A DNA stretch of 44,883 nt from Coniocarpon cinnabarinum (Eukaryota), in NCBI GenBank assembly GCA_051942205.1, contig JAVECO010000182.1:1-44883 (forward strand). Reading direction: 5' to 3'. Of this stretch, positions 11,160-23,395 are shown piece by piece. A program made the position numbers and the translations under genes. The notes below the pieces were generated by a model. It was not told the origin of the DNA, did no database searches, and saw only the letters and a list, made by a program, of their open reading frames with translations. How positions within the stretch are numbered: the first letter of the stretch is position 1; each line of letters opens with the position of its first letter.

Positions 11160-11606
11160 TCACGAATTCACCCCGACGCGCACATCTTCAAGCCCGTGAA
11201 TGCGCAAACTCTGCTGCTCCACAAACCGTCCCGAGTCCTCTCGAAAGTCCCTCGCAATATCCGGCTCGGCCATGCGCGCCAGGTAGCGCCGGAAGTGGGC
11301 CTCGTCCTCGAAAGTGACGACGGTGCACACGTCGAAGTCGATGTCGGCCTGGTCGCCGCGAAAGATCTGCGCTGGATAGGCCGGCCCGCTGCTATTTTTG
11401 GTTGGTGAATCATGAAATGGAGGAGATGATGTGCCTGTTGACGACCCGGACGAGCGCCGAACGTAAAAGCGACGATGGTCAAGAGGCCAGTTGTCACCCA
11501 ACCAAGTGCGCATCTTGGGGAGATGGACTTCCTCATTGTATTGCTGAAACTCGGCAGGAGATAGGTGAGGAGCGCGGCGAGCTTGGATTTGAATGGAAAA
11601 TGGCAT
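11160..11606 (-). CDS. EthD/DABB-family dimeric alpha-beta barrel protein
   Basis: MPFSIQIQARRAPHLSPAEFQQYNEEVHLP...HRRFYVRR...DFDVCTVVTFEDEAHF...EDSGRF follows the typical fungal EthD pattern. Confidence 0.85.
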   Translation of the reverse strand: MPFSIQIQARRAPHLSPAEFQQYNEEVHLPKMRTWLGDNWPLDHRRFYVRRSSGSSTGTSSPPFHDSPTKNSSGPAYPAQIFRGDQADIDFDVCTVVTFEDEAHFRRYLARMAEPDIARDFREDSGRFVEQQSLRIHGLEDVRVGVNS

Positions 11607-12592
11607 GATGGTTGCACCTGGAAAGTGCTCAGCAGGCAATCTCAAAATATTGTAGACACAAGGCGAACTCGCAGCACCATAGAGGGTTCCATGACTGCCT
11701 TCTTATAAGATCGCCTTGTATGGTTCTGTGCGTAGACTTGAGACTTGGCGCCATCGTTTGACGCGCGACGGGTGGTACAACAGGCGCTCTGCTCCACAGG
11801 CAGGATTGGCGAGCTCCCCAGCACGTTGGCGACCCGAGTTGTGCATAGCGCTGACAGCAACATTACGATCTTCAACGTACTGTGATCACAACCTGCGGAA
11901 ACGGACAACCGGGATCCAAGCTCACAAACAGGGGACGTTTTTGTGCAGCGGTGAAGATCCCCTCGAGTGCATGTACATTGATCACCTTCTCTTTTCCCGA
12001 AAATGCTTGTAAGGATTAGTACAACCAACCCTCTCGGATCTCAGCGCCCAATGCTCGGTTTGTCCTGGTGGCCTTATTACTTGTTGATGGAAGGCAAGCA
12101 GTGCAAGAACCTCCCAACAGCATATGAAGGAGTACTACTTGCGTGCGCATAGCTCATGATCTTGTCAGATCCGACAGCGTCGTAACAGCTACACTTGCTC
12201 AAAACATTTCGAGGAAGATGGTCCCGCAAATCCAGGCTTTGCTATAACGCATGTAGTGGTCATCTTTATGCGGATTTGAAGAGTCTCTTGGAGATGCATG
12301 CAGGCCATGAGGGTGCAAGACTTCCAGAGGTGAATGTGCTGATAAGCTTCACATAGCACTGATTCTGTCGTTCCGCGAGGGCTTTGAGTGAAGTCACTTG
12401 CTGCACCACAACTCAGTGCCTGAGGTATAGGAGACTTTCGCCAGTGCACTCGAACTGTGTGGCCTGACAACTCCTCGTCGTGGAAGCTCGCTCCCTAGAC
12501 GTGATCCGGCATTGACTCTTGTAAATGGCTCTTGCCATGGCAACCTTGTCCACCTCCCAGACAATGCGCACACTGATCCCTCAAGTACAAAA

Positions 12593-13030
12593 TCAGTCAC
12601 ATCGTGATTGGCCTTCCTGAAATTGGAAATCACCCGTTACGAACTTGGCGTTGTCATTTTGAAGCTCCTCAGCCGCTTCCGTAGTTGCCATGCGTGCCTG
12701 ATATCGCTCAGCATGTTCGCGGTCGGCAAACACAAGTGTGCCTTCAACGTCATGTGAGAGGCTAGACTAGGGACGGATTAGAACAGCTTTTGCGACTCCG
12801 TTATTGTTGCTTACTTGATCTGCAGTATCGTCGGTGGATACGACCGCTGGCGTCGAGTGCGAGTATCGCCTGACATATCGCATCACGTGCTTTATGGGAA
12901 AAGCATTGCCAGCGAGACGTTTCAGAAGTGGTATATGATTGTCTTCCATGTAGTTCTGGAATTCATCCTGACTCAGGTGAGGAGCCCGACGAGCGTGGAA
13001 AGAAAGTGTGTATGACATCTTTGCTGCCAT
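12593..13030 (-). CDS. Second EthD-family paralogue; in-frame TAG at 12769-12767, either a nonsense mutation or removed by a 48-nt intron
   Basis: ARRAPHLSQDEFQNYMEDNHIP...RYVRR matches the neighbouring gene. Homology continues in the same frame after the TAG (HDVEGTLVFADREH...YQARMA...NDNAKFV). Candidate intron 12814-12767 reads GTAAGC..CTAAT..TAG. Confidence 0.75.
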
Positions 13031-14814
13031 GTTTGTTTAACGGTGCCGGCTGCCGGTTGCTCTAACCGCAGCTGTCGTTGTGCGTGGTATGGGCAAAGTT
13101 GCTCGATGTAAATAGCTGAGGTGAAGAAAGAGCAATGTCGAGATTTAGAAGTTCGATGTGGCTGAAATGATCGTTGTTCTATTGTCAAGTCGAGCTATGG
13201 TATGATGGGCTTGTGGAAATACGGAAGCAGAGCGCTTGACGCTCAGCTTTATAGGCTCTTCAAGCCACATGTTAAGTCTTCCTGGTGAAGTCATGGTGAA
13301 GCCTTACCATACAGCAGGGTCGGCTTGACCACAAGACATCGCCTATTCCCCAGCGCAGGACGTGGTCGTCGCCAAAACACCCTGCATACATCGGCTATCA
13401 GGCCGAAGAGTGGTTACTGGATCCTGCGATTAAATCAAGTGAGACGGATGCAGAAGCACCGCCACTGCGTGTGCAGTAGAAGAATTAGCGACACCGACGG
13501 AACGAGTGAGAGAAACGGGCAAGCATCTAGAAGAAAGCGACATGGTCAAGGATAGTCATGCTCGTTTTGGGTCACACCTGTGACTCGGCAGCAAATCAAG
13601 GGAGCATGATCAACCTCGCAGGTCTGCTTGGAGCGGCACGACCCGGGCATGTTGATCCCAAACGGCGAACTTGCACGTGCAAGTGAGACAACGGACGCAG
13701 TGAGTGAGACATGCGTACAGACAAGGCTTTATACGGTTTCAGTGCAAAGGCCTGTGAGACTGTTACGTCAAGGCGCACGCGACCTGGCTCGGCACCCGCC
13801 AGGATTGAAGCCACGGGTCTGAGAGATGTACAGTCAGTAGGAGGCTTGAAACCGCCGTAAGACCAAACATAAGGTGATGCGAGCGATGTTGTATGTCGGC
13901 AGTGAGATATCCAACACGAAGGATTCAGAGATTCAAAATGAATTGTAAGGGCTCTACGCCGAGGAGGGACAAGCGCCAAGGTAGGGGCATCAAAGACATG
14001 GAATGACGGCACATCGCTCGCCCGTGCCGTCTCAAAACGAAGGACTTCTTTCTTCCTCTCCTCATGCATTCTCTGTCTCCCCATCTCTAGATGATCACAG
14101 CGCAATGTGAAGACGAATCTATTTCTATCACAGGGCAAGCATCTGGGGCAGGGCCATCCTCGCTCAACGCGCGTGGAAGTTATGAAGTACCTCCCAGACA
14201 CATCATCCTCGCACAGGCAGGTATTCGGAGACAGGCCGAGAAGGCGCGTTCAAAAAGGGATCGCGAATGCCATTGTAGCTACTATCTAGCTACATACGTC
14301 CATCCGTTTGATGCACCTTCTTTGCTTTCTTTCTCATCTCCCTGTGGGAGAACTCTATAGGGACTGTGCCTGTTGCGTCTTGAAGATCCGGAACTCCGTC
14401 GTACCAACCAGCATAAAGACACACTGTCGCTGTGGTTGCCGCAGAACAGTCGAGAACACGAAAAAATCGTATGGTGCAAAGGGTCCAGGCAGAGCAGGCG
14501 ACGTTGATGTTGACAGCTGCGAATTGACCGGAATGAACCATGCGGTCGATGGAAGCGCAAGACCGTGCATGGTGGGCGGTAAGTGCTAGCAGCAATCAGG
14601 TAGGTGGATTCCGCAATTCCTGCGCAGTGCCCTGCCTCGGACAAGAGAAAAGAAGAATCGAAACGTGATGAAGTCGAAAAGAAAAGAACACCGGACTTCG
14701 CTGTTGACGACGAGTGACGGGGCTCCTATTGGATGTCGAAAGAAAATTGTCGAGAAGCCTCACGCACCATGCCACCTCCTGCTTCACGGATGAATCTGTG
14801 AAACCGACCAGCAT

Positions 14815-15225
14815 CTAAGCGGTCAACACTTCAAAGTGCTCGGGAGCCTCCATGACAGGGACGTCACGCTCGTAGACGTGGTAGCCACCAGAGGGGTATG
14901 GCTTGGGCTCAGGCCCGTAGGATTCAGGTGGGGAAGCCTCAGCTTCACGCTTGACGGGGCTGGCTTCCTCCTCCACGTCGATGTCGATGTGACGTTTCCA
15001 TGGTTTGTGCTCAACGGACTTGGTTGGGCCGTAGGGCTGTGGCTTGGAGGGCTGGTGACCGTAGGGCTCAGGCTTGGAGGGCTCATGGCCGTATGGCTCC
15101 GGCTTGGGTGGCTGGTAACCATAGGGTTCTGGCTTGGAGGGCTCGTAGCCTTTGGGAGCGGTAGCAGTGGGGGCAGCCAGCGAGAGGGTGGCACCCATGA
15201 GGGCGAGAATAACTGACACCTTCAT
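14815..15225 (-). CDS. Small secreted Pro/Tyr-rich repeat protein with Kex2-type sites
   Basis: Signal peptide MKVSVILALMGATLSLA, four 10-aa repeats G(Y/H)(E/Q)P(S/P)KP(E/Q)PY, and KR and KR-EAEA sites. Confidence 0.85.
   Translation of the reverse strand: MKVSVILALMGATLSLAAPTATAPKGYEPSKPEPYGYQPPKPEPYGHEPSKPEPYGHQPSKPQPYGPTKSVEHKPWKRHIDIDVEEEASPVKREAEASPPESYGPEPKPYPSGGYHVYERDVPVMEAPEHFEVLTA
15030..15150 (-). repeat. 30-bp coding tandem repeat, about 4 copies
   Basis: Recurring (c)gtagggctcaggcttggagggct-like units encode the decapeptide repeat. Confidence 0.8.
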
Positions 15226-18200
15226 CGTGAGAGTTTGTGGTGAGTAGCGTTACGTGAAGTGCGTAGACGGCTCGAGGTAGAGTGGCAGATGAGTAGGCTT
15301 TAGCTGGCAAAAGGCTAACTACCTCTCGTGGAACAGGTGATGAATGGAGTCTAGCACAAGGCGTGGTGTGACAGTGACAGGACTGTTGAGAAGATGTCGA
15401 CTGATGAGCGAGCGGCAGGGAAGACTGATCTTTCTCACGGAGGTGTGAGACTGAGTGAAGGTCGGCCTGAGACAAGAAGTCTGGCAAAAGGGAGAGAACA
15501 GATGGCGTTGTTCAACGAGTGACTAACGCTGGTGGCGGTTGAGGGCAACTGCTTGGCTGCAGCGAGTGATGGAGCCTGGAGCAGAGAGGTGGGAAAGAAG
15601 GGTGGTATTAAAACGAAGGTGGGTGGGCGGAAGGGTTTTGTTGGAGGTGAGTGAGAGAGAGAAGTGGATTGATTCCTTCGAAGCAAAGGGCGGAGTGAAG
15701 CAGACGCTCGGGCCACACCGCCGTGCAGGAGTCAGGTACAACGAGTGACAAAACCGTTTGATGGCCCAAGTGGGAACGCCGAGGTGGGCCCTTGGGAACG
15801 GGGCTTGGCAGGCTGCAGGCGATATTCGACGAATGACGAGGCTCGAGGCTGCAGGTGACCGTTCGGATGCACGATTGGGAGGTGGGCAAGCGCGGGAGAT
15901 GAGGCAGAGCAAGAGCGTCAGCGTCAGTGCAAAGGCGAGGGCCCCAACAAAAAGACACACGAGAGGTGCACGCACACGCACAGAGAGCCCTTGTAGACCG
16001 CAACAGGGGTTCCTGCAGCAAGCATACGATAGTCTCGCGCACCGCCCTCGACTAGGCACTGCCGATAAATGGACACCATCACCGATGATGCACTCCCTTT
16101 CAGCGCTTGGGACCCTCTGACTTTCATTTTCACTTTGCATCAGCCCCCCCTGCGAGATGATTATGCATCTCCTTGATCGAGCTACGATGCAGTCCTGATC
16201 CAACTGCCGCGCGCGCAAGCGTATCCGAGTGCGGGCGCTATCTAACTTACCTACCTACCTATCTTTCATCCCAACGTTGTCTCTTGCCCCTGTGCAGAGT
16301 GCGAGACGACGGTTTCGGGCAGATCAGCAATTGAGATTGTTTGTAACAGTCCGCGACAGCCCATGGCGTTGCGAGAGCCGACGCTTACTCGGCGATTATT
16401 AGCCAACAAACGTCTTACGCGTCGCTCCCTCCTCCAAGCCCTACGGAGCACGATGAACGCCTTCCAGCACGGCCGTCTACCCATGTCGCACTTGGCCAAC
16501 ACGCAGGCAGTAAATTGGACGTGCATGAGAGCCAGGATGCGCCACAGATCCGTGAACACCACCCGAGCACGACATCCTGGCAGCGACAATAATGGCAGAC
16601 CAGGAAAAAAATTAAAGTGTTTGATGGTGAAGTCAATGTCCGGCAGCCGAACGGATAAGGTCGGTGTAGCTGCAGATCGCTGACGAATGGGGCTGCGCCG
16701 CGGTCCAAGTCACCCACGGATGAGGCCTGCGCTAGGTCTCTTCGGGTAAGCCTTGCGGCCATTGGGATTGCAAAATGGACAGCCCCCTGTTTGCGCTGCC
16801 TGCTTTGTCGGTCAATCAGCCAGGGTGAAACGGCGGCTGTTCCTCCTGGCCTTGACTGAACGGTCCGAAACGCCTCTTGTGCGATCTTGTCGTATACCGC
16901 CGCGACCAAATCTGGCATCGCCGGTGCGAGTGAATATTGTCACTGCCCATCATCCTGGCATGCGATCTCAATCTTTTGCCACGCTCCGGCGTCGCCCCGA
17001 TAGACGCTGCACCCTGAGTCGGCGACCGGCCAGATCTCAGATAAGACTCGCTATCCACACGGCCGGTTCCTCCGGGCGCCAGTCTCGACAGTGCTAGCAA
17101 GCACCACAGTCGCACCGGACAGGGATCGCAATTGACAGCTTGCAGGTAGCCGTGGGACTTGTGCACATCTGGCGTGCATTCGTCGCAGCCGCCGCCCAAA
17201 GCATGCACCCTCGTAGTGTTCGCAGACTACCGTCGCCTTGGGAGATCGAGCATCTAATCCCGTTCCTGAAAGGCGTAGTCAGGACGGGGCAATGGAATGG
17301 AAAAAGTGCCTCGGATCCAATGGGAGCGAACACACGAGTCGAGCTGACGCTAATGCGGCGCTGCCAACTCTTATCAATCATCTCGTCACTCTCCACCACC
17401 ACCGTCTCGTCAGTCATAAATGCCTAGCGCGCTCACCAAAATGCACGACCTCTGACGTCGATGCAATAAAATGTGGCTCATCTATCTTCCAGAAAATGTG
17501 CGAATCATCCCCCCTGCTAGTCTCACGCATCTCTGTGGCGCTGCAGCCTGTAGGGTGAAGAAAAGCGAGATCTGGCTTCTGTCCAGCTTCATCCACCATC
17601 ATCAACATCGTCGCGGCCCCCATCACATTGCTAGGCTGGAGAGATGCAAGGCCCGAGGTTATGCACCCTTCTCAGTCCGCGCCTGGTCTCTGCCGTTCCC
17701 TACTGCGAGCTGCAGTAACCCTGACGTCGCGAGGTGTCATGAACGAGTAGCTCCTCCTTTATTCACCCACTGGCCTCGTGTTCTGCTTGCATAACCACTG
17801 TTCACCCGAGACGCAGGGTCGTCCCATTCAATGAACACCCCTGCCAATTTGCCAGTGCCATCAATAATGGCATGTCAGCTCATGGCGGCACCGTGTGACG
17901 GCGCTCCGGAACTCAATCTTGCATGGAGCGATGACTCGGCGTTACGAGCTATCCTCAGCGAAACCTACGCTGACAACAGATGGAAGCTGTCTTCGGCAAA
18001 ACCGGTTCTGGTAATGAAATGAAATCAAGCTGTGGAAGCTCTCGTCAGCGCAGGTACGGTGTAATGCGCGGCGGTACTGCTGCTGCAGCAAGTGATCAGC
18101 AATCGTTATCACCGCTGCTACCGAATTTGTTCACGAGCGCCAACAATGCAGCCTTGCCGGCGAAACGCGCATGCGGATACGTATCTGTAATTATACATTC

Positions 18201-19705
18201 AACGGGCGGCAGGCTGCGCACTGCTTTCCCCGGCATCAAGCCCTTCATGACCGCATGTGCATTCCAACGTTCATCACCACCGGCTTCACCTCGTTTCCTG
18301 GGGAGCCGACTGTCACTTGAGACTCAGAGCGAAGTGATTGTGATTTCTTCCACTACTTGTGTGACGTTATAGCGTGGATTTGCGGTGAGCGCAAGGCGCT
18401 GAGTGAGCCCGCAAAAGACCCGCTTCGCCGCAGCAATTTGAAACAAACGTTGCAACGTCTCGAAGAATCCTTGCTTGATTCAGAAAGTACAGCGCTCGAA
18501 TCGGGCATGAGAGGCGTGCTCGCAGACCGATTGAGAGGTCTGAGGAGAGCCGTCGCTTGAACAGGAGAGTATATTCTGCGGCTGTGATCGTAATGGGCAG
18601 TACACCGATCTTGATGATGAGACGCGGATGCAGAACACACAAGTCACTGCCTCAATCGTTCCATCAGTCCTGGACTCGGGTCTGATAGAGCGCTTGTGCC
18701 CGGGTCGCTCAGTCTGGACGGCAAGGTCTGTCACGCAATACTCAGGCCATTGGCGGACTCCCGACACCTCTGGGTATGAGTCGGTCGTCCACTCCCGCAC
18801 CCTCAGATGCTGCATGAACCCTTCCAGCACATACTGTACACCCTCTGCAGACGATTGCAATATTCCAGCAGCATGGGCTTCAAATGGCACGCAACGTACC
18901 TAGCTTGGAACTTCTTTCCTCATGCCAAGCAAGATAAAGATAGAAAACCTACGCTCAACAGGGAGGTGAAATAGTGGCCCCACTGAGCTGTGGTCACTTT
19001 CCAACTCCGGAGGCCAGGCCAGTCATTTACTTCTGTACCCAAGCTGTAAGAGGTAAGGCCCGGAGCCCCGTGGGCCTATTGCAGCAAAGTAAGACCTCTT
19101 CGCCTTGGCGATGATACATTTCTTATCATTGGCGAGTCACCCACGTTTAAGACAATATATTCATGCATGCACCAACTGAATTCATGCAGTGCACAGCGAA
19201 TTTCTGCAAGCAATAGATAAGAAGAACATGGATTTTGCGCATTACGCTGAGGGCTCTCCCAACTGCTCCACGGCGGATATGTGAGTGAGGTCGTTCATAC
19301 CCACTGGCGTCTGTTTGTCCGTGCATGCGTGCCTGCAGCGCGACATCCAGCTACAGCTGCACCAGCAGGGTCCTGCACCAAAGCATGCCTGCAACCGCTG
19401 AGCGTCTCGACAAAGCAACATTCCATCACATAGATCACGTACTGGACCGGGTACGTAAATTGCAAGCAGATATTGGCGCCAGCCTACTTTGCATATCTCG
19501 CTTCCCATTTTACTCATGATCTGGATCCTGGGTGTCTCCGTCCGCGGTGTTAGTGTCATCATCATGGTCGTGTCGTGATTCATGAATCTTCGTATCTGCG
19601 TCCGAACGTCCGCGTCCTCAGTCATCCTCTACTCAGCACGATTGCTTAGCACCCTCATAGGAGGTCGCCCTGCTCCACGCAGCACATGAAAGAACAGCAC
19701 AGTCG

Positions 19706-21342
19706 TCAACTCCCCAGCGATGAAGCAGGGTGTTGCGCACGCACCTGCCCATCCAAGTATGCTGCCGACCGTTCCGTCGGCACATGACTGCTTGACATGG
19801 TCTCTTTGCCAGGCTGCATCAACGATGTCTCGGATGCGGGTTGAGCTCCGTGAAATACAGTCTCCCGCGTTGCCGAGTATTGAGGATCGGCAGCAGGTCC
19901 CAACGCAAAGACATTATTCACATCCCTCGAGGTCGACAGCCCAGGCCCAGGCACTATCGCAGGACCCGCTGATCCAGCCGCCATGTGGTGTTCGTCCGAG
20001 AAGAGGGGACCAATCTCCGAAGGACGATGTGGATGCACAGCGTGTCCGTTTGATGATGCCGATTCACCATGCGTGAACGTAAAGTTGCTATCTCCCGGGC
20101 CAGTTGCCATGGCGGAGCCTACATGAGTGTGCGTATCCGAGGTGCCGACACTATGGCGATGAGTCTCTGCGCCCAGATCCACGTTATCTGCAGAGTGTTC
20201 AGGCATGGCAGAAGCCTGGACATCTGCATTGCTGAGTCTGTCTACGGAGACGCCTCTGATCGACCCACCACTGCCCACGCTCACATTCGCCTCCGACGCC
20301 GCATGATCAGTGTTGAGGAGATCCTCGACCGTGACACCCTCAGCGTGGCCATCCGGCGCCGGTCCCTGAAAGCTGCCCAAGCGTCTTCGACCAATGTCAG
20401 CACGCCGGCCAGCGCATCCCTCGGGCCCTTGCTTATGTCGTGAGAGGGTCGTGGCTCTGCTGAAGGTGCGCCGACAGATGTCACACTTGTGAGGGCGCTC
20501 ACCCGTGTGGATGCGATTGTGGCGATCGAGGTCATTCAGTCGCTTGAAGCGCGCGTGACACGTGCTGCAGACGTAGTGCTTCTCCGGGCATTGCGACCGG
20601 AGATGCGTACGGAGGTCGTCGTCGCGGAGGAAGACACAGCTGCAGTGAGGACACGCGAGGTCGCGCAACGAGGGCAGCGCCTGACCCGTGGCGCTGAGCG
20701 CGGGCGGCGGTGGGTCAGCTGTGTTCTGGGACAGAGTCGGCGCGGAGAAGAAGCAATGTTGACTGTCGGCGCGACAGCGCCTGCATGGCGGTTCGGCGAC
20801 GTTGCCTGGTTGTCGCAGGTCGCAGCCGACCTTTTTCTTGCGGCAAGGGACGCAGGCTGGATCGTGTTAATGAGGCAATGTCACGTGATCTGACGCGATT
20901 GTCACGTACCTGATCGTGCGATGGGCTGGCTGGGGGGCAGCTGCTTCTGCTCCTCGGACAACTCGATGACTTGCTTAGGATGGTCGACTGATGGACGGCT
21001 GACGGTGTAGAGCTTGGTGGTGACGTGCGCAAGGTTGTTGGGGTAGGACTGACTCCGGGGCTTGGGCACTTCGGGCGTGGGGACGGGCTGGTTGGTATAA
21101 TAGCCTGAATCGGCCGAAGAGATGCTGTGCGGGCGGTGCAGCGCCTGGCTGGCGGCGATACTGGCGTCCGACGAGCTGGCGATGCTGGGCCGGGTGCTGG
21201 CGACGCTGGACTCGGAGATGGACAGGCGTGAGGGGGGCGGTGGGGGCAAGATGCGTGCGCCGAAGGGAGCGTCGGCCTTGAAGAGCTTGGGCGGGGGCTC
21301 TGAGATGGAGGGCGAGGGTGGCGTGGTGCCTGGTCTGGACAT
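19706..21342 (-). CDS. Transcription factor with a Zn(II)2Cys6 cluster followed by three C2H2/C2HC zinc fingers (3' end uncertain)
   Basis: Exon 1 21342-20910, intron 20909-20857 (GTACGT..TTAAC..CAG). Exon 2 starts ACVPCRKKKVGCDLRQPGNVAEPPCRRCRADSQHC and runs in frame into CPHC..H..C, CSTC..HNRIH-TGERP-HKCDIC..HKQGPEGC. Confidence 0.85.
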
Positions 21343-21840
21343 GTCGCGATGGAGCCAAAGGGACCCTTTTGAGTGCCGAGACCTGCAATAATGGCAGTGG
21401 CCCAGTTGGTTAATGATGGGCTGGCGCAGCCGAGGGGCGGAGAGTTGGCATGCAAATGCGCGCAGAGGCAGTGGTGGTGTCGAGCAGCAGCAGTGACGGC
21501 CAGGACATGGATTGCAGGGAGAGGCTTAGCAGCTCGATGGAGCAGGCGGTGCGCGCAGTCGTTGGCACGAAGCAGTATATATTGCAGAGGCGAGGGGAGC
21601 GGTGGTTGAGGACAGCGAGATAGGTAGGCCTGGATGGCGCATTGGGATCAAAATAGACCTGATGCTGGGACTAAGGACGAACTGGGCTGGGAGCCGCTAC
21701 GGCAGTTTGGGACGAGCGTCAGGGCGGCGGGTGCACGGCCTGGCGGGCGCGTTCTCGTCCCTCTGCAGAATGAAGAGTGTGTGTGTGCGCGGGTGTTTGT
21801 AGGTGTTTGGATGGACGTGCGTGGAGGGTGGAGGGTGCAC

Positions 21841-21900
21841 GGAGAGGAGAGGGAGAGGGAGAGAGAGAGAGAGTGTGTGTGTGTGTGTCTGTGTGTCTGT
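21841..21900. repeat. Compound (GA)n(GT)n microsatellite
   Basis: gagagagagaga followed directly by gtgtgtgtgtgtgt. Confidence 0.9.
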
Positions 21901-23092
21901 GCCTGAGCGTGTCGGGTGGTGGTGTGTTTGGGTGCTGGCCGGATCTGCACACGCGCCGTCCCCCTCTCCCTCTCTCCCTCTCTCTCTGGCACGTCAAGCA
22001 CGTCTAGTTGCTGTTCCTGTGCCTGTCAAACTGCTCGCCCGACGAACGGGAGGCGGTGCTGCTCTGCTGATCGTTGCTTGTTCCTGGCTGAGCGGGTGCC
22101 GGATGCGCACTGTCACTGTCACTGTCACCGTCACCGCTGTCTGATCTTAATGCGCACCGTGGCACGAGCTTCATAGGGCCCACGTTCTCTTTCATCCACA
22201 CAAACACACCCCCTCTCTTTCTCTCTCTGTCCCTACCCACCACGCCACGCTGCTACTCCGGACGCTGCTGCTACGACGGACCAGACACGGAGGCGCCCGA
22301 GAGTCGCCTCCATATGAATCGCCACGTCTCCACCTGCATCAAACGCACGGGCCGGCCACGCACGGACGCCTTTGGGAACGCCTTTTGGCCCCCCAACAGC
22401 CAACAGCCGGCGCTTGTCACCACTCGACTCCGTACTCCGTACTCCGTATCCCACTCACGTGCCACTCGCCCACTCCTCCTGTTGCTTTTCTTAGCAGCCC
22501 CCGGCGTCATCCCTCATTTCACCTTCGTCATCCTCCAGCGCCTCTCTCCTCCTCCTCGCCTTCTCGCCTTCTCGCCAGAATCCCATCAGCCGCGACTCGT
22601 GCCTCTTTTGCTCCTTTCAATGACCCTGACGCTGCCCTCGTCGTCTCATCGTGGAGGATCTCGTGCTTCATCTTCTCGCAGGGGGCGTCTCCTCTGGACA
22701 GCTGTCACCCCCAGCACTTGCCCCCTCGAGCAACTGTCGACACAAGCGCCCGCCCCGGACTGGCGCTGAAACATCCGCCTGCATGCAGCTCGCCATACAC
22801 CTCCAACGCTGTATTTAGCACTCCCGTCCTGCTTGTTGTCATCGTCACGCCAACAGACCTGCTTCAACACCTGCACCACGCAATGCCGCTGGTGGTGAGC
22901 ACCGTCGCTGGATGACGTCGCTGGGGGCGTAAAATAGCCGCCAGGTGCCGCTCCGGGCGCTCCACGGCCGGCATAATCAACCCTTTCCCGTCCTTAGCAT
23001 CTGTCCATTTGCAGCGCTCGCCTCCCCTTCGGGCATGATCGGTCTAGATTCGTGGTGGCTCGAGCGTCGTAAAAGGACACATTGAAATTGCA

Positions 23093-23395
23093 ATGTCGCA
23101 TTTTACCGGCGCGTCTTCATCGATTACCTACCATGGGCCCGAGCAACAGCGTCGTGCAAGGCCTTGGATCCAAAAATTCATCCAGCATTTCGTGCAACGT
23201 CACGCTGTGACCGACAATTTTGGTTCCGCTCGCAGAACACGCTTTGTCAGAAGCGCCTTCGCCCGCGCGTCCACCGTTGCCTTGTCGCCACCTCAGCTCA
23301 CACATGAGAGACTTGGGGCATGGCTCCGAGAGCCGCCTGGGCCTTTCCGTGTCTTCCATTACGAAGTCAAATTGCGTGAGTGCATCGGGGTTTGA
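23093..23395 (+). CDS. Possible hypothetical protein or first exon of a degenerate gene
   Basis: ATG in a good context (GCAATGTC), a 100-codon ORF and a GTGAGT donor near 23376. No family is recognisable and downstream exons are unresolved. Confidence 0.25.
   Translation: MSHFTGASSSITYHGPEQQRRARPWIQKFIQHFVQRHAVTDNFGSARRTRFVRSAFARASTVALSPPQLTHERLGAWLREPPGPFRVFHYEVKLRECIGV

Noticed and set aside
15300..19700. Many overlapping ORFs, including 15523-16218 and 18357-18560
   Set aside because: No motifs or convincing gene structure; treated as intergenic or UTR, although a small gene cannot be excluded.
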